64,000 nt of DNA from Candidatus Omnitrophota bacterium (GCA_022703585.1 JAKLDJ010000004.1:2814-66813), one strand, 5' to 3'; shown: positions 21,633 through 31,552, numbered from the stretch's first letter. The notes: generated by a model not told the origin, from the letters alone. Numbers and translations: made by a program.

Positions 21633-22433
21633 TTAGAGTTTTACACTGCGGTCGATTTTGCGGTTGCGCAGAAGAACGTATTCTTTGTAGCCCGCTTCCT
21701 TCGCCCACGCAGCCCCTTTATCAAAATCGCGGCCGACATCTTGGGGGTCGTGCGCATCCGAACCAAAGGTAATCGGCACACCGGCTTTTTGATAAACTTT
21801 TAAGTTGGCGAGAGAGGGAAAAATTTCCTTAACCGGTTTGCGTAAACCCGACGTATTAATTTCAATCAGAACACCGGCGCTTTTAAAAACTTTTGCAGTT
21901 TTGGCTACTTCCGCAGAAAAATCCTCGGTGGGCATATTCCCGAATTTCTTGACCAAATCCACATGCGCCAACACCGTAAAAAGCCCCGAGGCGGCACTTT
22001 GGCGCAAGACTTCATAATAGTCGCGATAAACACGGTTGACGTCCTTTTTCATCCATTCTTCCCTGTGATCCGGATTATCAAACGCCCAGCTTTTAATAAA
22101 ATGTACTGAGCCAATTACATAGTCATACGGGTAGCCGGCCAGCAATTCTTTAGTTTCTTTCTCGTAGCCGGGAAGAAAGTCGGCCTCAATGCCGGTCAGG
22201 ATGCGGATTTGAGGATATTTTTTACGCACATCCTCAATCATCTTATGGTATTGCGGCAATTGCGTTCGACTCATGGTAATCGACGGATCATCGTAGGAAA
22301 GGAGAGGGGCATGATCGGAGAAACCAATTTCTTTTAAACCGACCTTTATAGCCTGTCGGACATATTCCTCGGGCTCGCCTACGGCATGGCCGCAGAGAGG
22401 GGTGTGCATGTGATAGTCAGAAAAAGGGCGCAT
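21633..22433 (-). CDS. hisK: PHP-family histidinol-phosphatase (HisK/HisJ type)
   Basis: 266 aa; DYHMHT metal-binding start, PHP-domain His/Asp ladder. Confidence 0.7.
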   Translation of the reverse strand: MRPFSDYHMHTPLCGHAVGEPEEYVRQAIKVGLKEIGFSDHAPLLSYDDPSITMSRTQLPQYHKMIEDVRKKYPQIRILTGIEADFLPGYEKETKELLAGYPYDYVIGSVHFIKSWAFDNPDHREEWMKKDVNRVYRDYYEVLRQSAASGLFTVLAHVDLVKKFGNMPTEDFSAEVAKTAKVFKSAGVLIEINTSGLRKPVKEIFPSLANLKVYQKAGVPITFGSDAHDPQDVGRDFDKGAAWAKEAGYKEYVLLRNRKIDRSVKL

Positions 22434-22543
22434 CTTTTGCCTCGACCGGGTACGCAGTTTAAAAATCTAACTCATTGAGGCGATATTATAGCATAGGAAA
22501 AGAATAATAAATATGTTTAGTTTACGCTCGAAAAAACGCACGT

Positions 22544-22572
22544 TTGACAGGGTAAAAACGCTGTGGTATTAT
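22544..22572 (+). promoter_or_regulatory. Sigma70-like promoter candidate (TTGACA-17-TATTAT) for the folE pterin operon
   Basis: TTGACA at 22544-22549, TATTAT at 22567-22572; the -10 overlaps the ORF-track ATG at 22571, which argues for the downstream start at 22625. Confidence 0.45.
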
Positions 22573-22624
22573 GCCCTACTACTGCGTCGAACCATGCATT
22601 AACTTAAATCTTAAAGGATCCATT

Positions 22625-23164
22625 ATGAAGAATTTATATAAAGAATTAATTAGAAAGATCGGCGAAGATACCGAAAGGCCGGGCCTTAAGGAAACCCCCG
22701 AGCGCGCTGCCAAGGCTTTTGAGTATTTAACCGAAGGTTATCGCATCAACATCGAAGAAGTGGTCAATGGCGCCGTCTTTCCTTCCGAGAGCGATGACAT
22801 GATCATCGTTAAGGATATCGAGCTGTATTCGCTGTGCGAGCACCACCTTTTACCGTTTTTCGGTAAATGCCATGTCGGATACCTTCCCAAGGGAAAAATT
22901 ATCGGATTGTCCAAAATAGCCAGAATCGTCGACGTTTTCGCGCGCCGCTTACAGGTTCAGGAAAACTTGACGCGCCAGATTGCGCAGACCATCATGAAAC
23001 ATACCGACGCTGTCGGGGTCGCGGTTGTTATTGAGGCCCAGCATTTGTGCATGATGATGCGAGGGGTCGAAAAACAGAATTCGGCCATGAAGACCTCCTG
23101 CATGCTGGGGGCGTTTAGAAAAGAGGCTTTCACGCGGGCAGAATTCCTAAGTCTCATTAAATAA
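22625..23164 (+). CDS. folE: GTP cyclohydrolase I
   Basis: [14 protein letters not shown] and CEHHLLPF motifs; internal start at 22625 with aaaggatcc RBS. Confidence 0.88.
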   Translation: MKNLYKELIRKIGEDTERPGLKETPERAAKAFEYLTEGYRINIEEVVNGAVFPSESDDMIIVKDIELYSLCEHHLLPFFGKCHVGYLPKGKIIGLSKIARIVDVFARRLQVQENLTRQIAQTIMKHTDAVGVAVVIEAQHLCMMMRGVEKQNSAMKTSCMLGAFRKEAFTRAEFLSLIK

Positions 23165-23201
23165 CCTTTATTAAGCCTGCGCCACCCCTAAAGGAGTTTT
23201 T

Positions 23202-23933
23202 ATGCCAGCGGCAGCACTGGTAACCGGCGGTTCAAAACGAATCGGAAAAGAAATCGCGCTTGCCCTTGCTTCCATGGGCTACGCGATCGCCCTTCACTAT
23301 AATCAGTCCAAAGAAGATGCAAAAAAGACCGCTACCCAAATCAAGGCAAAGGGGCGGTCTTGCGAAATCTTTCAATGTGACCTTTCCAACGAAAACGAAA
23401 CCCGCCTTCTAGTTACCAACGTCAAAAAACGTTTTTCCAATTTAAATCTGTTAATTAATAGCGCCTCGATCTTCGAATCGTCTAAACTCGCCTCTCCCAA
23501 TACTATTCACTCGCTTAGTCGCCATTTTGCGGTTAATTTCAAAGCGCCGTATATCTTGTCCTGTGAATTTTACCGCCTTTGCAAGAAAGGCTCGATTATA
23601 AACCTTTTAGATGCCAATATCACAAAAAACAAGACCGGCTATCCGGAATATTTACTTTCAAAGAAGGCATTGGCTGATTTTACCCGAGTGGCGGCAGTGG
23701 AATTTGCCCCGTACATTCGGGTCAATGCGATTGCCCCGGGATTAATCCTTCCGCCGGAAGGCAAAACGAACGCCTATCTTAACCGGCTGGCAAAAAATAT
23801 TCCGCTTAAAACCCGCGGCAGCACCGCCCAGATCACCTCAACCGTAAAATTTTTAGCAGAAAATCAATATTTAACCGGCCAAATAATCTTTGTGGACGGC
23901 GGGGCACATCTTCTAAACGCAGAAAAGGCATAA
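23202..23933 (+). CDS. Short-chain dehydrogenase, FolM / pteridine reductase (PTR1)-like
   Basis: VTGGSKRIG cofactor motif (FolM/PTR1-like), YxxxK (YLLSK); embedded between folE and folB. Confidence 0.6.
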   Translation: MPAAALVTGGSKRIGKEIALALASMGYAIALHYNQSKEDAKKTATQIKAKGRSCEIFQCDLSNENETRLLVTNVKKRFSNLNLLINSASIFESSKLASPNTIHSLSRHFAVNFKAPYILSCEFYRLCKKGSIINLLDANITKNKTGYPEYLLSKKALADFTRVAAVEFAPYIRVNAIAPGLILPPEGKTNAYLNRLAKNIPLKTRGSTAQITSTVKFLAENQYLTGQIIFVDGGAHLLNAEKA

Positions 23934-23934
23934 A

Positions 23935-24285
23935 ATGGCCGCCATACGCATAACCGACCTTTCCTTATATATAGTCGTCGGAACCAATGCCTGGGAGAGA
24001 ACCAGGAAGCAAAAAGTTGTTATCAATGTTACCTTTGAATACAACGCATTAAAAGCTATCCGTAATGACGACATAAAGAATGCCGTTGATTACAAAGCGT
24101 TAACCAAAAAGATTATTAAGGAAGCGAGCGCATCGCATTTCTTCCTCTTGGAATCACTGGCAGATTTTATCCTTAAGATTATTATGGAAGACAGGAAAAT
24201 CAAGAGGGCAACCGTCCGCGCCGACAAGCCAAAGGCGCTACGGTTTGCCAAATCCGTTTCGGTCGAATTAAGCGCTCATCGATAA
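23935..24285 (+). CDS. folB: Dihydroneopterin aldolase
   Basis: 116 aa; typical FolB size and conserved core. Confidence 0.75.
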   Translation: MAAIRITDLSLYIVVGTNAWERTRKQKVVINVTFEYNALKAIRNDDIKNAVDYKALTKKIIKEASASHFFLLESLADFILKIIMEDRKIKRATVRADKPKALRFAKSVSVELSAHR

Positions 24286-24669
24286 ATGAATACCGCTGTC
24301 ATCGGTTTAGGCTCCAACATCCGCCCGCAGGAAAATATCCAAAAGGCAAAAGAAATCCTGTCGCGCACACACACGATTCTGGCCGAATCCCAATTTATCA
24401 AGACCAAGCCCATCGGCTCGGTCCCTCAGGATGACTTTCTTAACGGCGCTTATCTGCTCGAAACAGCGTTGGACTACGAGGATTTCAAAGCGTACTTGAA
24501 AAAAGTAGAAGAAAAATTGGGGCGAAAGAAATGTGCGGATAAATTCGGCCCACGAACAATTGACCTCGATATCCTGGCATGGAATAACAAGGTTACCCAT
24601 GAAGACTTCTTTAAAAGAAATTTTGTTAAGACAACCGTACTCGAACTTTTACCGAATATCAAATTCTAA
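24286..24669 (+). CDS. folK: 2-amino-4-hydroxy-6-hydroxymethyldihydropteridine pyrophosphokinase (HPPK), short form
   Basis: GLGSNI and GPRTIDLDIL HPPK motifs; 127 aa, shorter than typical HPPK. Confidence 0.8.
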   Translation: MNTAVIGLGSNIRPQENIQKAKEILSRTHTILAESQFIKTKPIGSVPQDDFLNGAYLLETALDYEDFKAYLKKVEEKLGRKKCADKFGPRTIDLDILAWNNKVTHEDFFKRNFVKTTVLELLPNIKF

Positions 24670-24808
24670 AATCATTTATTGAACCCGCTACAAACTATTG
24701 GTCGGAATATGTTTTTTGAAAATAAAGATTGCTTTCAACGAGTCGTAATGCTAAAGTGTGGCCCGCTATACGGATTTATACGTTTCCAACACCAGTGATG
24801 CCGCACAA

Positions 24809-24846
24809 GGGGAAAGGTGTCCAGCCTTTCCCCACTTTTTATAATT
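24809..24846 (+). terminator. Rho-independent terminator candidate downstream of the fol operon
   Basis: GGGGAAAGG-tgtccag-CCTTTCCCC perfect 9-bp stem followed by ACTTTTTATAATTTTT. Confidence 0.55.
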
Positions 24847-24851
24847 TTTGC

Positions 24852-24879
24852 TTGCAAAAATAAAAGATGTTGTTATTAT
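24852..24879 (+). promoter_or_regulatory. Sigma70-like promoter candidate (TTGCAA-16-TATTAT) for fabG-acpP-fabF
   Basis: TTGCAA at 24852-24857, TATTAT at 24874-24879, about 60 nt upstream of fabG. Confidence 0.4.
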
Positions 24880-24938
24880 AGGTTCATATTTTCGCTTTTC
24901 GTGAATGATCAGGACGACAAATCAAAGGAAAGAAGTTC

Positions 24939-25679
24939 ATGGAATTAAAAGATCAGGTTGCCCTTATTACCGGTTCTGCGCGCGGCATCGGCAAAGAGAT
25001 CGCTCAAGTATTCGCCGAGCAGGGGGCCACGGTTATTATCTCGGATATTAATGCCGAAATGGCTGCGGCCACGGCCGAAGAATTCAAAAAGCAAGGCTAC
25101 AGGGCTGAACATTTCGCTTGCGACGTGACAAACGTTGAAAGCGTAGAACAAATGGTTAATAAAATTCTTGACAAATTTAATCGCATTGATATATTACTTA
25201 ACAACGCAGGCATCACCAAAGACAATCTGCTCCTTCGAATGAAGGATGACGAATGGGATGCCGTGCTTAAAGTCAACCTTAAGGGCACGTTTAATTGCAC
25301 CAAGGTTGTCGCAAAGGCAATGCTAAAGGCAAGAAAAGGGAAAATCATTAGCATCGCCTCGGTCATTGGCATCATGGGGAATGCGGGACAGGCCAACTAC
25401 GCCGCTAGTAAAGCCGGCATTATCGGTTTTACCAAATCGGTGGCTCGAGAACTGGCCTCGCGAGGGATAACGGCAAATGCCGTTGCCCCGGGTTATATCC
25501 AGACCGAAATGACGGATAAGCTCAGCGAAAAAACCCGCGAGGAGATCTTAAAGAATATTCCCCTTCAGAAATTAGGAACACCCCGGGATGTTGCAGGGGT
25601 ATGTTTGTTTTTAGCATCGGATGACGCTAACTATATCACGGGACAAACAATTGTTGTCGATGGTGGTATGGCGATTTAA
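24939..25679 (+). CDS. fabG: 3-oxoacyl-[ACP] reductase
   Basis: 246 aa SDR; TGSARGIG, NNAG, YAASK catalytic motif; followed by acpP and fabF. Confidence 0.9.
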   Translation: MELKDQVALITGSARGIGKEIAQVFAEQGATVIISDINAEMAAATAEEFKKQGYRAEHFACDVTNVESVEQMVNKILDKFNRIDILLNNAGITKDNLLLRMKDDEWDAVLKVNLKGTFNCTKVVAKAMLKARKGKIISIASVIGIMGNAGQANYAASKAGIIGFTKSVARELASRGITANAVAPGYIQTEMTDKLSEKTREEILKNIPLQKLGTPRDVAGVCLFLASDDANYITGQTIVVDGGMAI

Positions 25680-25711
25680 GGTGAAACGAGGCATAAAAAG
25701 GAGGCTGTTAC

Positions 25712-25954
25712 ATGGCTGCTGTTGAAGAAAAAATCAGGTCGATTATTGCGGAGCAATTAGGCGTCAAGCCTGAAGAAGTTACCATGCAGGCGTCTTTCAT
25801 CGATGACCTTGGTGCCGATTCTCTGGATACTGTCGAACTTATCATGGCCCTCGAAGAAGAGTTCAATATTGAGATCCCGGATGAAGATGCCGAAAAGATG
25901 GCAACCGTCGGCGATGCTGTCCGGTATATCGAAAGCAAAGCTGCCAACAAATAG
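25712..25954 (+). CDS. acpP: Acyl carrier protein
   Basis: 80 aa; [20 protein letters not shown] phosphopantetheine-attachment motif. Confidence 0.95.
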   Translation: MAAVEEKIRSIIAEQLGVKPEEVTMQASFIDDLGADSLDTVELIMALEEEFNIEIPDEDAEKMATVGDAVRYIESKAANK

Positions 25955-25988
25955 CCACGCAAGTGCGCCCTTTAAATAAAACTGCTAA

Positions 25989-26024
25989 CATTTGCCCCGA
26001 TTGACTCGGGGCAAATGTATTTAT
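25989..26024 (+). terminator. Rho-independent terminator after acpP
   Basis: CATTTGCCCCGA-ttgac-TCGGGGCAAATG perfect 12-bp stem followed by TATTTAT. Confidence 0.6.
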
Positions 26025-26092
26025 AGAGCAGGGGGCTTGCAGCCTCATAGAAATCCCATCACAGCCTGATTAAAGGAGAAACTACGAAAAAC

Positions 26093-27337
26093 ATGGAAAA
26101 AAGACGCGTTGTAATTACAGGATTAGGTGTTGTTTCGCCTGTGGGCACGGGTGTTGAGAAATTCTGGAAGGCCCTTTTAGCCGGTCAAAGCGGTATCCGG
26201 CCGATCACACATTTTGATGCCTCGAAACTCGAATGCCGTATATGCGGCGACATCATCGATTGTAACCCGCTTGACCATTTTTCTGCAAAAGACGCACGCC
26301 AGACATCCCGATTTGTCCAATATGCCATCGTAGCCGCGAAAGAGGCCATTGCCTATGCGAAGCTCGATATGAAAAATGTCAACCTTGACCGGGTAGGCAC
26401 AGTCATCGGCTCGGGTATCGGCAGCCTGCGCACCATAGAAGAAGGTTATGAAACACTAATCGCAAAAGGGCCAAGCAGAATATCGCCTTTTTTTATACCG
26501 AAACTTATCGTTAATGAAGCGGCGGGACAAGTCTCTATCTACTGCGGCGCGAGAGGCTTGAACACCTGTGTGACAACGGCATGTGCTACCGGGACAAACG
26601 CTATCGGAGATGCCTTTCGTTTTATTCAGTACGGCGATGCGGATGTCGTCATCGCCGGAGGGACAGAAAGTGCTACCACAATCTTAGGAGTAAGCGGATT
26701 TGCGGCTATCCGAGCGCTATCGCTGCGCAATGACCCTCCTGAAAAAGCCAGCCGGCCGTTTGACGCGAACCGTGACGGTTTCGTCATGGCAGAAGGTGCC
26801 GGGCTTGTGATTTTAGAGTCATTGGAGCATGCGAAGATGCGCCATGCCAAAATTTTAGCTGAAATGGTCGGTTACGGCCGAAACGGCGATGCGTATCACA
26901 TTACCGCACCAGAGCCAACAGGGGAAGGTGCCGCCAAGGCGATGGCACTTGCCATAAAAGATGCAAACTTAGAACCAAAAGATATCAGCTATATTAATGC
27001 CCACGGCACATCAACCTTACTTAATGATAAAGTTGAAAGTCTGGCAATTAAGAAAGTATTTAAGGAGTACGCTAAAAAAGTCGCTATCAGCTCTACGAAA
27101 TCCATGACCGGGCATCTTTTAGGCGCTGCCGGCGGTATCGAATTTATCGCCAGTGTCCTTGCGATACAGAACAATATCGTTCCCCCGACTATCAATTATG
27201 AAACGCCCGACCCTGATTGCGACTTGGACTATGTTCCCAACGTTGCCCGAAAAATGGTCGTGGAATCGGCAATGTCAAACTCTTTAGGTTTTGGCGGACA
27301 CAATGCGACCATTGTTGCCAAGAAATTTAAAGAATAA
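26093..27337 (+). CDS. fabF: 3-oxoacyl-[ACP] synthase II
   Basis: 414 aa; active-site Cys in ACATGT, His-His motif region (NAHGTST, SMTGHLLGAAG). Confidence 0.92.
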   Translation: MEKRRVVITGLGVVSPVGTGVEKFWKALLAGQSGIRPITHFDASKLECRICGDIIDCNPLDHFSAKDARQTSRFVQYAIVAAKEAIAYAKLDMKNVNLDRVGTVIGSGIGSLRTIEEGYETLIAKGPSRISPFFIPKLIVNEAAGQVSIYCGARGLNTCVTTACATGTNAIGDAFRFIQYGDADVVIAGGTESATTILGVSGFAAIRALSLRNDPPEKASRPFDANRDGFVMAEGAGLVILESLEHAKMRHAKILAEMVGYGRNGDAYHITAPEPTGEGAAKAMALAIKDANLEPKDISYINAHGTSTLLNDKVESLAIKKVFKEYAKKVAISSTKSMTGHLLGAAGGIEFIASVLAIQNNIVPPTINYETPDPDCDLDYVPNVARKMVVESAMSNSLGFGGHNATIVAKKFKE

Positions 27338-27379
27338 TTGCGCTTTTATTAGCATACGTAACTTTGGAGAAATAAAATC

Positions 27380-28438
27380 ATGAAGAATTATAAAATTGCC
27401 GTAATACCCGGAGACGGAACCGGCCCTGAAGTAGTCAACGAAGGCTTGAAAGTTTTGGCGGCAGCCGCGCAAAAGAATGGATTCAAATATGAAACCGTTT
27501 CTTATGATTTCGGTGGTGCGCGCTATCTTAAAACCGGAGAAACCCTGCCTGACACGGCGATAGCCGAGCTTCGTAAGTTTGATACGATTTTTCTAGGCGC
27601 TATCGGCCATCCGGATGTAAAGCCGGGTATTTTGGAACAAGGGATCCTGTTAAAACTACGCTTTGCCTTGGACCAATACATCAATTTGCGCCCGGTTAAG
27701 CTCTACGACGACCGGTTTTGCCCCGTTAAGAACAAAAAGCCGGAAGATGTGAATTTCACGGTTGTCCGCGAGAACTCTGAAGGCTTATATAAGGGAATGG
27801 GGGAGTTTAAGGATAAGGGTACACCGAACGAAGTTGCCATTCAAATTTCCCATAATACTTACAAAGGTGTTGAGCGCTGCCTTCGCTATGCCTTTGAATA
27901 TACTCGCAAAAACGGAAAGCAAAAGAAACTGACCCTGTGCGGCAAAACCAATGTCCTGACCTTTGCCTGGGATCTGTGGCAGAGGACTTTTGATAAACTC
28001 GCTAAGGAATATCCGGACGTAAAAACAGATTATGCTCACGTTGACGCCACGACCATGTGGTTCGTCAAAAATCCAGAGTGGTTTGATGTTATTGTCACTG
28101 ATAACATGTTCGGCGACATCATCACCGATCTGGGTGCCATGATCCAGGGCGGTATGGGTATCGCTGCCGGGGGAAATATTAATCCCCAAGGAGTTTCGAT
28201 GTTCGAGCCTATCGGCGGGTCAGCTCCCAAATACACGGGTAAAAATGTGATTAATCCCCTAGCGGCCATTTGTGCCGCAGGAATGCTTTTAGAACAACTC
28301 GGCGAAGGCAAGGCCGCAAGACAAATCGAAGAATCGGTTAAAACCGTGGTCCGTACCAAACTGAAAGATTTGGCCGCGGGTAAAATGGGTTATTCAACGA
28401 CCGAGGTAGGCGATTTGGTCGTTAAATCTTTAAAATAA
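27380..28438 (+). CDS. Isopropylmalate/tartrate/isocitrate dehydrogenase family protein (LeuB/TtuC-like)
   Basis: [14 protein letters not shown]-terminus, NMFGDIITD signature; LeuB versus tartrate/D-malate dehydrogenase cannot be resolved by eye. Confidence 0.6.
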   Translation: MKNYKIAVIPGDGTGPEVVNEGLKVLAAAAQKNGFKYETVSYDFGGARYLKTGETLPDTAIAELRKFDTIFLGAIGHPDVKPGILEQGILLKLRFALDQYINLRPVKLYDDRFCPVKNKKPEDVNFTVVRENSEGLYKGMGEFKDKGTPNEVAIQISHNTYKGVERCLRYAFEYTRKNGKQKKLTLCGKTNVLTFAWDLWQRTFDKLAKEYPDVKTDYAHVDATTMWFVKNPEWFDVIVTDNMFGDIITDLGAMIQGGMGIAAGGNINPQGVSMFEPIGGSAPKYTGKNVINPLAAICAAGMLLEQLGEGKAARQIEESVKTVVRTKLKDLAAGKMGYSTTEVGDLVVKSLK

Positions 28439-28457
28439 ATTCAGCAAAGAGGAAAAA

Positions 28458-29474
28458 ATGAAAAAAGCAAATGTTGCCGTCGTTGGCGTAGGTGCCGTTG
28501 GAGAAGAGATGTTAAGAGTCCTAAAACAGCGCCGGTTCCCTGTCGGGGAATTGCGTGTGTTTGCACGGTCAAACCGCGAGATTACAGTAGACGGCGAGAA
28601 ATATAATGTTTTAAGTCTGGATGCGAATTCGTTTAAAGGGATTGATATAGCGCTTTTTGCGGGCACAGAAGGGGAGAAAGGGGCAGCGGTCACTTACGCG
28701 CCTGATGCCATTAAAGCCGGTGCCGTCGTCATTGACAACGGCGCGGATTTCCGCATGAGAACAGATGTTCCGCTGGTGGTCCCTGAAGTGAATGCAAAAG
28801 ATATCAAAAAACATAAGGGCATTATTGCCAATCCAAACTGTTCAACTATACAAATGGTAGTTGCCTTAGCGCCTATTCAGAAGAAAGCAGGCCTAAAAAG
28901 GGTTATCGTTACCACTCTGCAAGCCTCATCGGGTGCCGGCCGGGGTGCCGTTGAACAACTCAAGGAAGAGACCGATAAAATATCTTCTGCCCAATGCCAG
29001 AACATCCACGTCCAGGCCGAAAAGAAATCCATGCCCCAACAGCTGGGCTTTAACGTTTTTCCGCATATCGGCAGTTTTGTCGAAGACGATTACACTAACG
29101 AGGAATGGAAACTCGTCAAGGAAACTCATAAGATTATGCACGACGACAAGATAAAGATCTCGGCCACGACCGTTCGGGTACCGGTTCGAACCGGCCACAG
29201 CGAGTCGATTTACATTGAAACGGCAAGGCCTATCGCTCCTGAAAAGGTGAAAGCCCTTCTTGCCAAGGCGCCGGGGATCATTTTGATCGATGATCCTAAG
29301 AATTCCCTTTATCCGATGCCTAAGGATGTCGAAGGCAAAGACGAGGTCTTTGTCGGACGCATTCGAAAAGATCCTTTTGTCAAAAACGGTCTCTGGCTGT
29401 GGGTTGTCGCCGATAATCTGCGCAAAGGCGCCGCTACCAACGCCGTCCAGATCGCGGAAGAACTGATTAAATAA
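28458..29474 (+). CDS. asd: Aspartate-semialdehyde dehydrogenase
   Basis: 338 aa; VVGVGAVG NAD site, catalytic IANPNCSTI motif. Confidence 0.9.
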   Translation: MKKANVAVVGVGAVGEEMLRVLKQRRFPVGELRVFARSNREITVDGEKYNVLSLDANSFKGIDIALFAGTEGEKGAAVTYAPDAIKAGAVVIDNGADFRMRTDVPLVVPEVNAKDIKKHKGIIANPNCSTIQMVVALAPIQKKAGLKRVIVTTLQASSGAGRGAVEQLKEETDKISSAQCQNIHVQAEKKSMPQQLGFNVFPHIGSFVEDDYTNEEWKLVKETHKIMHDDKIKISATTVRVPVRTGHSESIYIETARPIAPEKVKALLAKAPGIILIDDPKNSLYPMPKDVEGKDEVFVGRIRKDPFVKNGLWLWVVADNLRKGAATNAVQIAEELIK

Positions 29475-29546
29475 CCATGGATGGAAATCGAAGGGGCGGC
29501 GACCCTCTGGGTCGCCGCCCCTTCCCATTATAACAATCGAAATTTT

Positions 29547-30290
29547 ATGCGCACCATCAAATTAACCCTCGAATACGACGGAACCGATTTTCACGGCTGG
29601 CAGATCCAGGAAAAATCCAAGCGCACCGTCCAGGGTGAAATCTACAAAGCCTTTCAAAAGATATTCGGCAAAAAACCTTGTCTTGTAGGTTCCGGACGCA
29701 CCGATAGCGGTGTGCATGCACAGGGACAAGTCGCCCATTTTAAAACAGATTCTTCGCTTTCCGCCGAGAAAATCGTCAGCGCCCTTAACGCCAATCTCCC
29801 CCATGACATTTCCATCATCGACGCAAAAGTAGTTCGTAAAAACTTTCACGCCCAGTTTGACGTCAAAAGTAAAATTTACAGCTACACAATTTTAAATCGA
29901 AAATCCCGCCCCGCAATACATCGAAACTTCTGTTATTTCTACCCGTATCCGCTCAATTTGAAGCTCATGAAAACAGAGGCGAGGGCCTTGGTCGGCCAAC
30001 ATGATTTTCGATCATTTCAGGCCTCCGATCCGCAGAGGCAAAAACAAAGCACCGTCCGCACAATCAAGAAAATTGTTATAAACGAAGACGGCGGTTTTAT
30101 TACTATTGACATTGAAGCCAATGGATTTTTGTATAAAATGGTCCGCAACATCGTAGGCACGCTTTTAGAAATCGGCAGCGGAAAACTGCCCAAGGGAAGC
30201 ATGCGAAAGATACTGGCAAGGAAGAACCGGCTTGCGGCCGGCAAAACTGCCGTCGCCAAAGGTTTGCGTCTAAAAGAAGTGCGTTATTAA
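29547..30290 (+). CDS. truA: tRNA pseudouridine(38-40) synthase
   Basis: MRTIKLTLEYDGTDFHGWQ start and GRTDSGVHA catalytic Asp motif; the ORF-track start at 29481 overlaps the asd stop region. Confidence 0.85.
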   Translation: MRTIKLTLEYDGTDFHGWQIQEKSKRTVQGEIYKAFQKIFGKKPCLVGSGRTDSGVHAQGQVAHFKTDSSLSAEKIVSALNANLPHDISIIDAKVVRKNFHAQFDVKSKIYSYTILNRKSRPAIHRNFCYFYPYPLNLKLMKTEARALVGQHDFRSFQASDPQRQKQSTVRTIKKIVINEDGGFITIDIEANGFLYKMVRNIVGTLLEIGSGKLPKGSMRKILARKNRLAAGKTAVAKGLRLKEVRY

Positions 30291-30314
30291 AAGAATGAAA
30301 TGGGGAGTTTTGTG

Positions 30315-30569
30315 ATGAGTGATATTATTTTTGCGGTATTCGGCGCTATCTTAATTTCTTTGACCATCACCTATCTGCCAATTTTTCTTTACCTTATTGC
30401 CAATACAAAGCCGTACGAAGAGCCCAGGCCTCACCATAAAGTTGCTTTCGTTATTTTTATTCTATTCACACTCACCTTTTCTGCCTTATTTAGCTATCTT
30501 ATAACCCAGGAAAAGAAAAGTGGCAACAAGCCTACGGCCCTGAAGAAGGCAGCCATCAATTGCTGCTGA
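30315..30569 (+). CDS. Small hypothetical membrane protein (2 TM helices)
   Basis: ATG at 30315 preceded by GGGGAG RBS; two hydrophobic helices; no known motif. Confidence 0.4.
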   Translation: MSDIIFAVFGAILISLTITYLPIFLYLIANTKPYEEPRPHHKVAFVIFILFTLTFSALFSYLITQEKKSGNKPTALKKAAINCC

Positions 30570-30609
30570 CCATCCATTTTAAGATAGTCACAAGATGAAA
30601 TATTAAGTA

Positions 30610-30637
30610 TTGACATTTTTTCGAGAAATGTTATACT
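30610..30637 (+). promoter_or_regulatory. Sigma70-like promoter candidate (TTGACA-16-TATACT) for rplM-rpsI
   Basis: TTGACA at 30610-30615, TATACT at 30632-30637, about 55 nt upstream of rplM. Confidence 0.45.
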
Positions 30638-30690
30638 TTTGCACTGTTATTCAAGTACCTTAAAAACGTAAAAATAAGACGAGAAATCTC

Positions 30691-31119
30691 ATGAAGACAT
30701 ACGTTGCAAAACCGCAAGACATCAAAACCGCGTGCTATATTATCGACGCGAAAGATAAAATTTTAGGCCGTATTGCCACGCGCGCAGCAGCTATTTTACG
30801 CGGCAAGCATAAACCGATCTATACGCCGCATGTCGATACCGGCGATATGGTTGTCATTATCAATGCTGAAAAAGTCCGGGTAACGGGCCGTAAATTAAAG
30901 CAAAAAGAATACCACCGTTTCACAGGCTATCCATCGGGTTTAAAAACAGTTGTTTTGGAAGATATGCTGCGCAAGAAACCGACGGAAGTTTTACGTTTAG
31001 CCGTGACACGTATGATCCCTAAAGGACCTTTAGGCTATCACATAAAAACAAAACTTAAAGTCTATGCGGGCGATCAACACCCCCATCAGGCACAAAAACC
31101 GATTGTTTTGGAGGTTTAA
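30691..31119 (+). CDS. rplM: 50S ribosomal protein L13
   Basis: 142 aa; MKTY..KP.D....W.IIDA start typical of L13. Confidence 0.95.
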   Translation: MKTYVAKPQDIKTACYIIDAKDKILGRIATRAAAILRGKHKPIYTPHVDTGDMVVIINAEKVRVTGRKLKQKEYHRFTGYPSGLKTVVLEDMLRKKPTEVLRLAVTRMIPKGPLGYHIKTKLKVYAGDQHPHQAQKPIVLEV

Positions 31120-31124
31120 TCAGA

Positions 31125-31520
31125 ATGGTTGAGATGGTCAAATATTTAGCAACAGGTCGTCGAAAAAGCGCCATCGCGCGTATCGTGGTCAGTCCGGGAG
31201 CAGGGAGCATTTCCGTCAATAAGCGCCCGTTTGCCGAATATTTTCCTCGGGAGACAGACCGGATCATCGTTCTTGAGCCGCTTCGGATTACGAATAATTT
31301 GAATAAATTCGACGTCACCGCGACCATTTCCGGCGGCGGCATTACCGGACAAGCCGGAGCCATGAAACTCGGCATTGCCCGGGCCCTTGCTTTATCAGAC
31401 GAAGGGATGCGCGGTGCTTTGAAGAAAGGGCAGTGCTTAAGGCGTGATCCCAGGATGAAGGAAAGGAAAAAGCCGGGGCAGAAAGGGGCTCGCAAGAAAT
31501 TCCAGTGGGTAAAACGTTAA
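31125..31520 (+). CDS. rpsI: 30S ribosomal protein S9
   Basis: 131 aa; ATGRRKSAIARI start and C-terminal basic tail ending in R. Confidence 0.95.
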   Translation: MVEMVKYLATGRRKSAIARIVVSPGAGSISVNKRPFAEYFPRETDRIIVLEPLRITNNLNKFDVTATISGGGITGQAGAMKLGIARALALSDEGMRGALKKGQCLRRDPRMKERKKPGQKGARKKFQWVKR

Positions 31521-31552
31521 CCACTTAAGACATTTAGAAACAAAAGCAGCTT

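Noticed and set aside
22571-22624. Upstream ATG start for folE (MPYYCVEPC...)
   Set aside because: The predicted -10 hexamer overlaps this ATG, and the conserved GTP cyclohydrolase I sequence begins near the ATG at 22625, which has a good RBS
31055-31495. 146-aa minus-strand ORF across rplM/rpsI and 200-aa minus-strand ORF inside asd (28926-29528)
   Set aside because: Both are antisense to highly conserved genes (ribosomal proteins, Asd) and have no independent support
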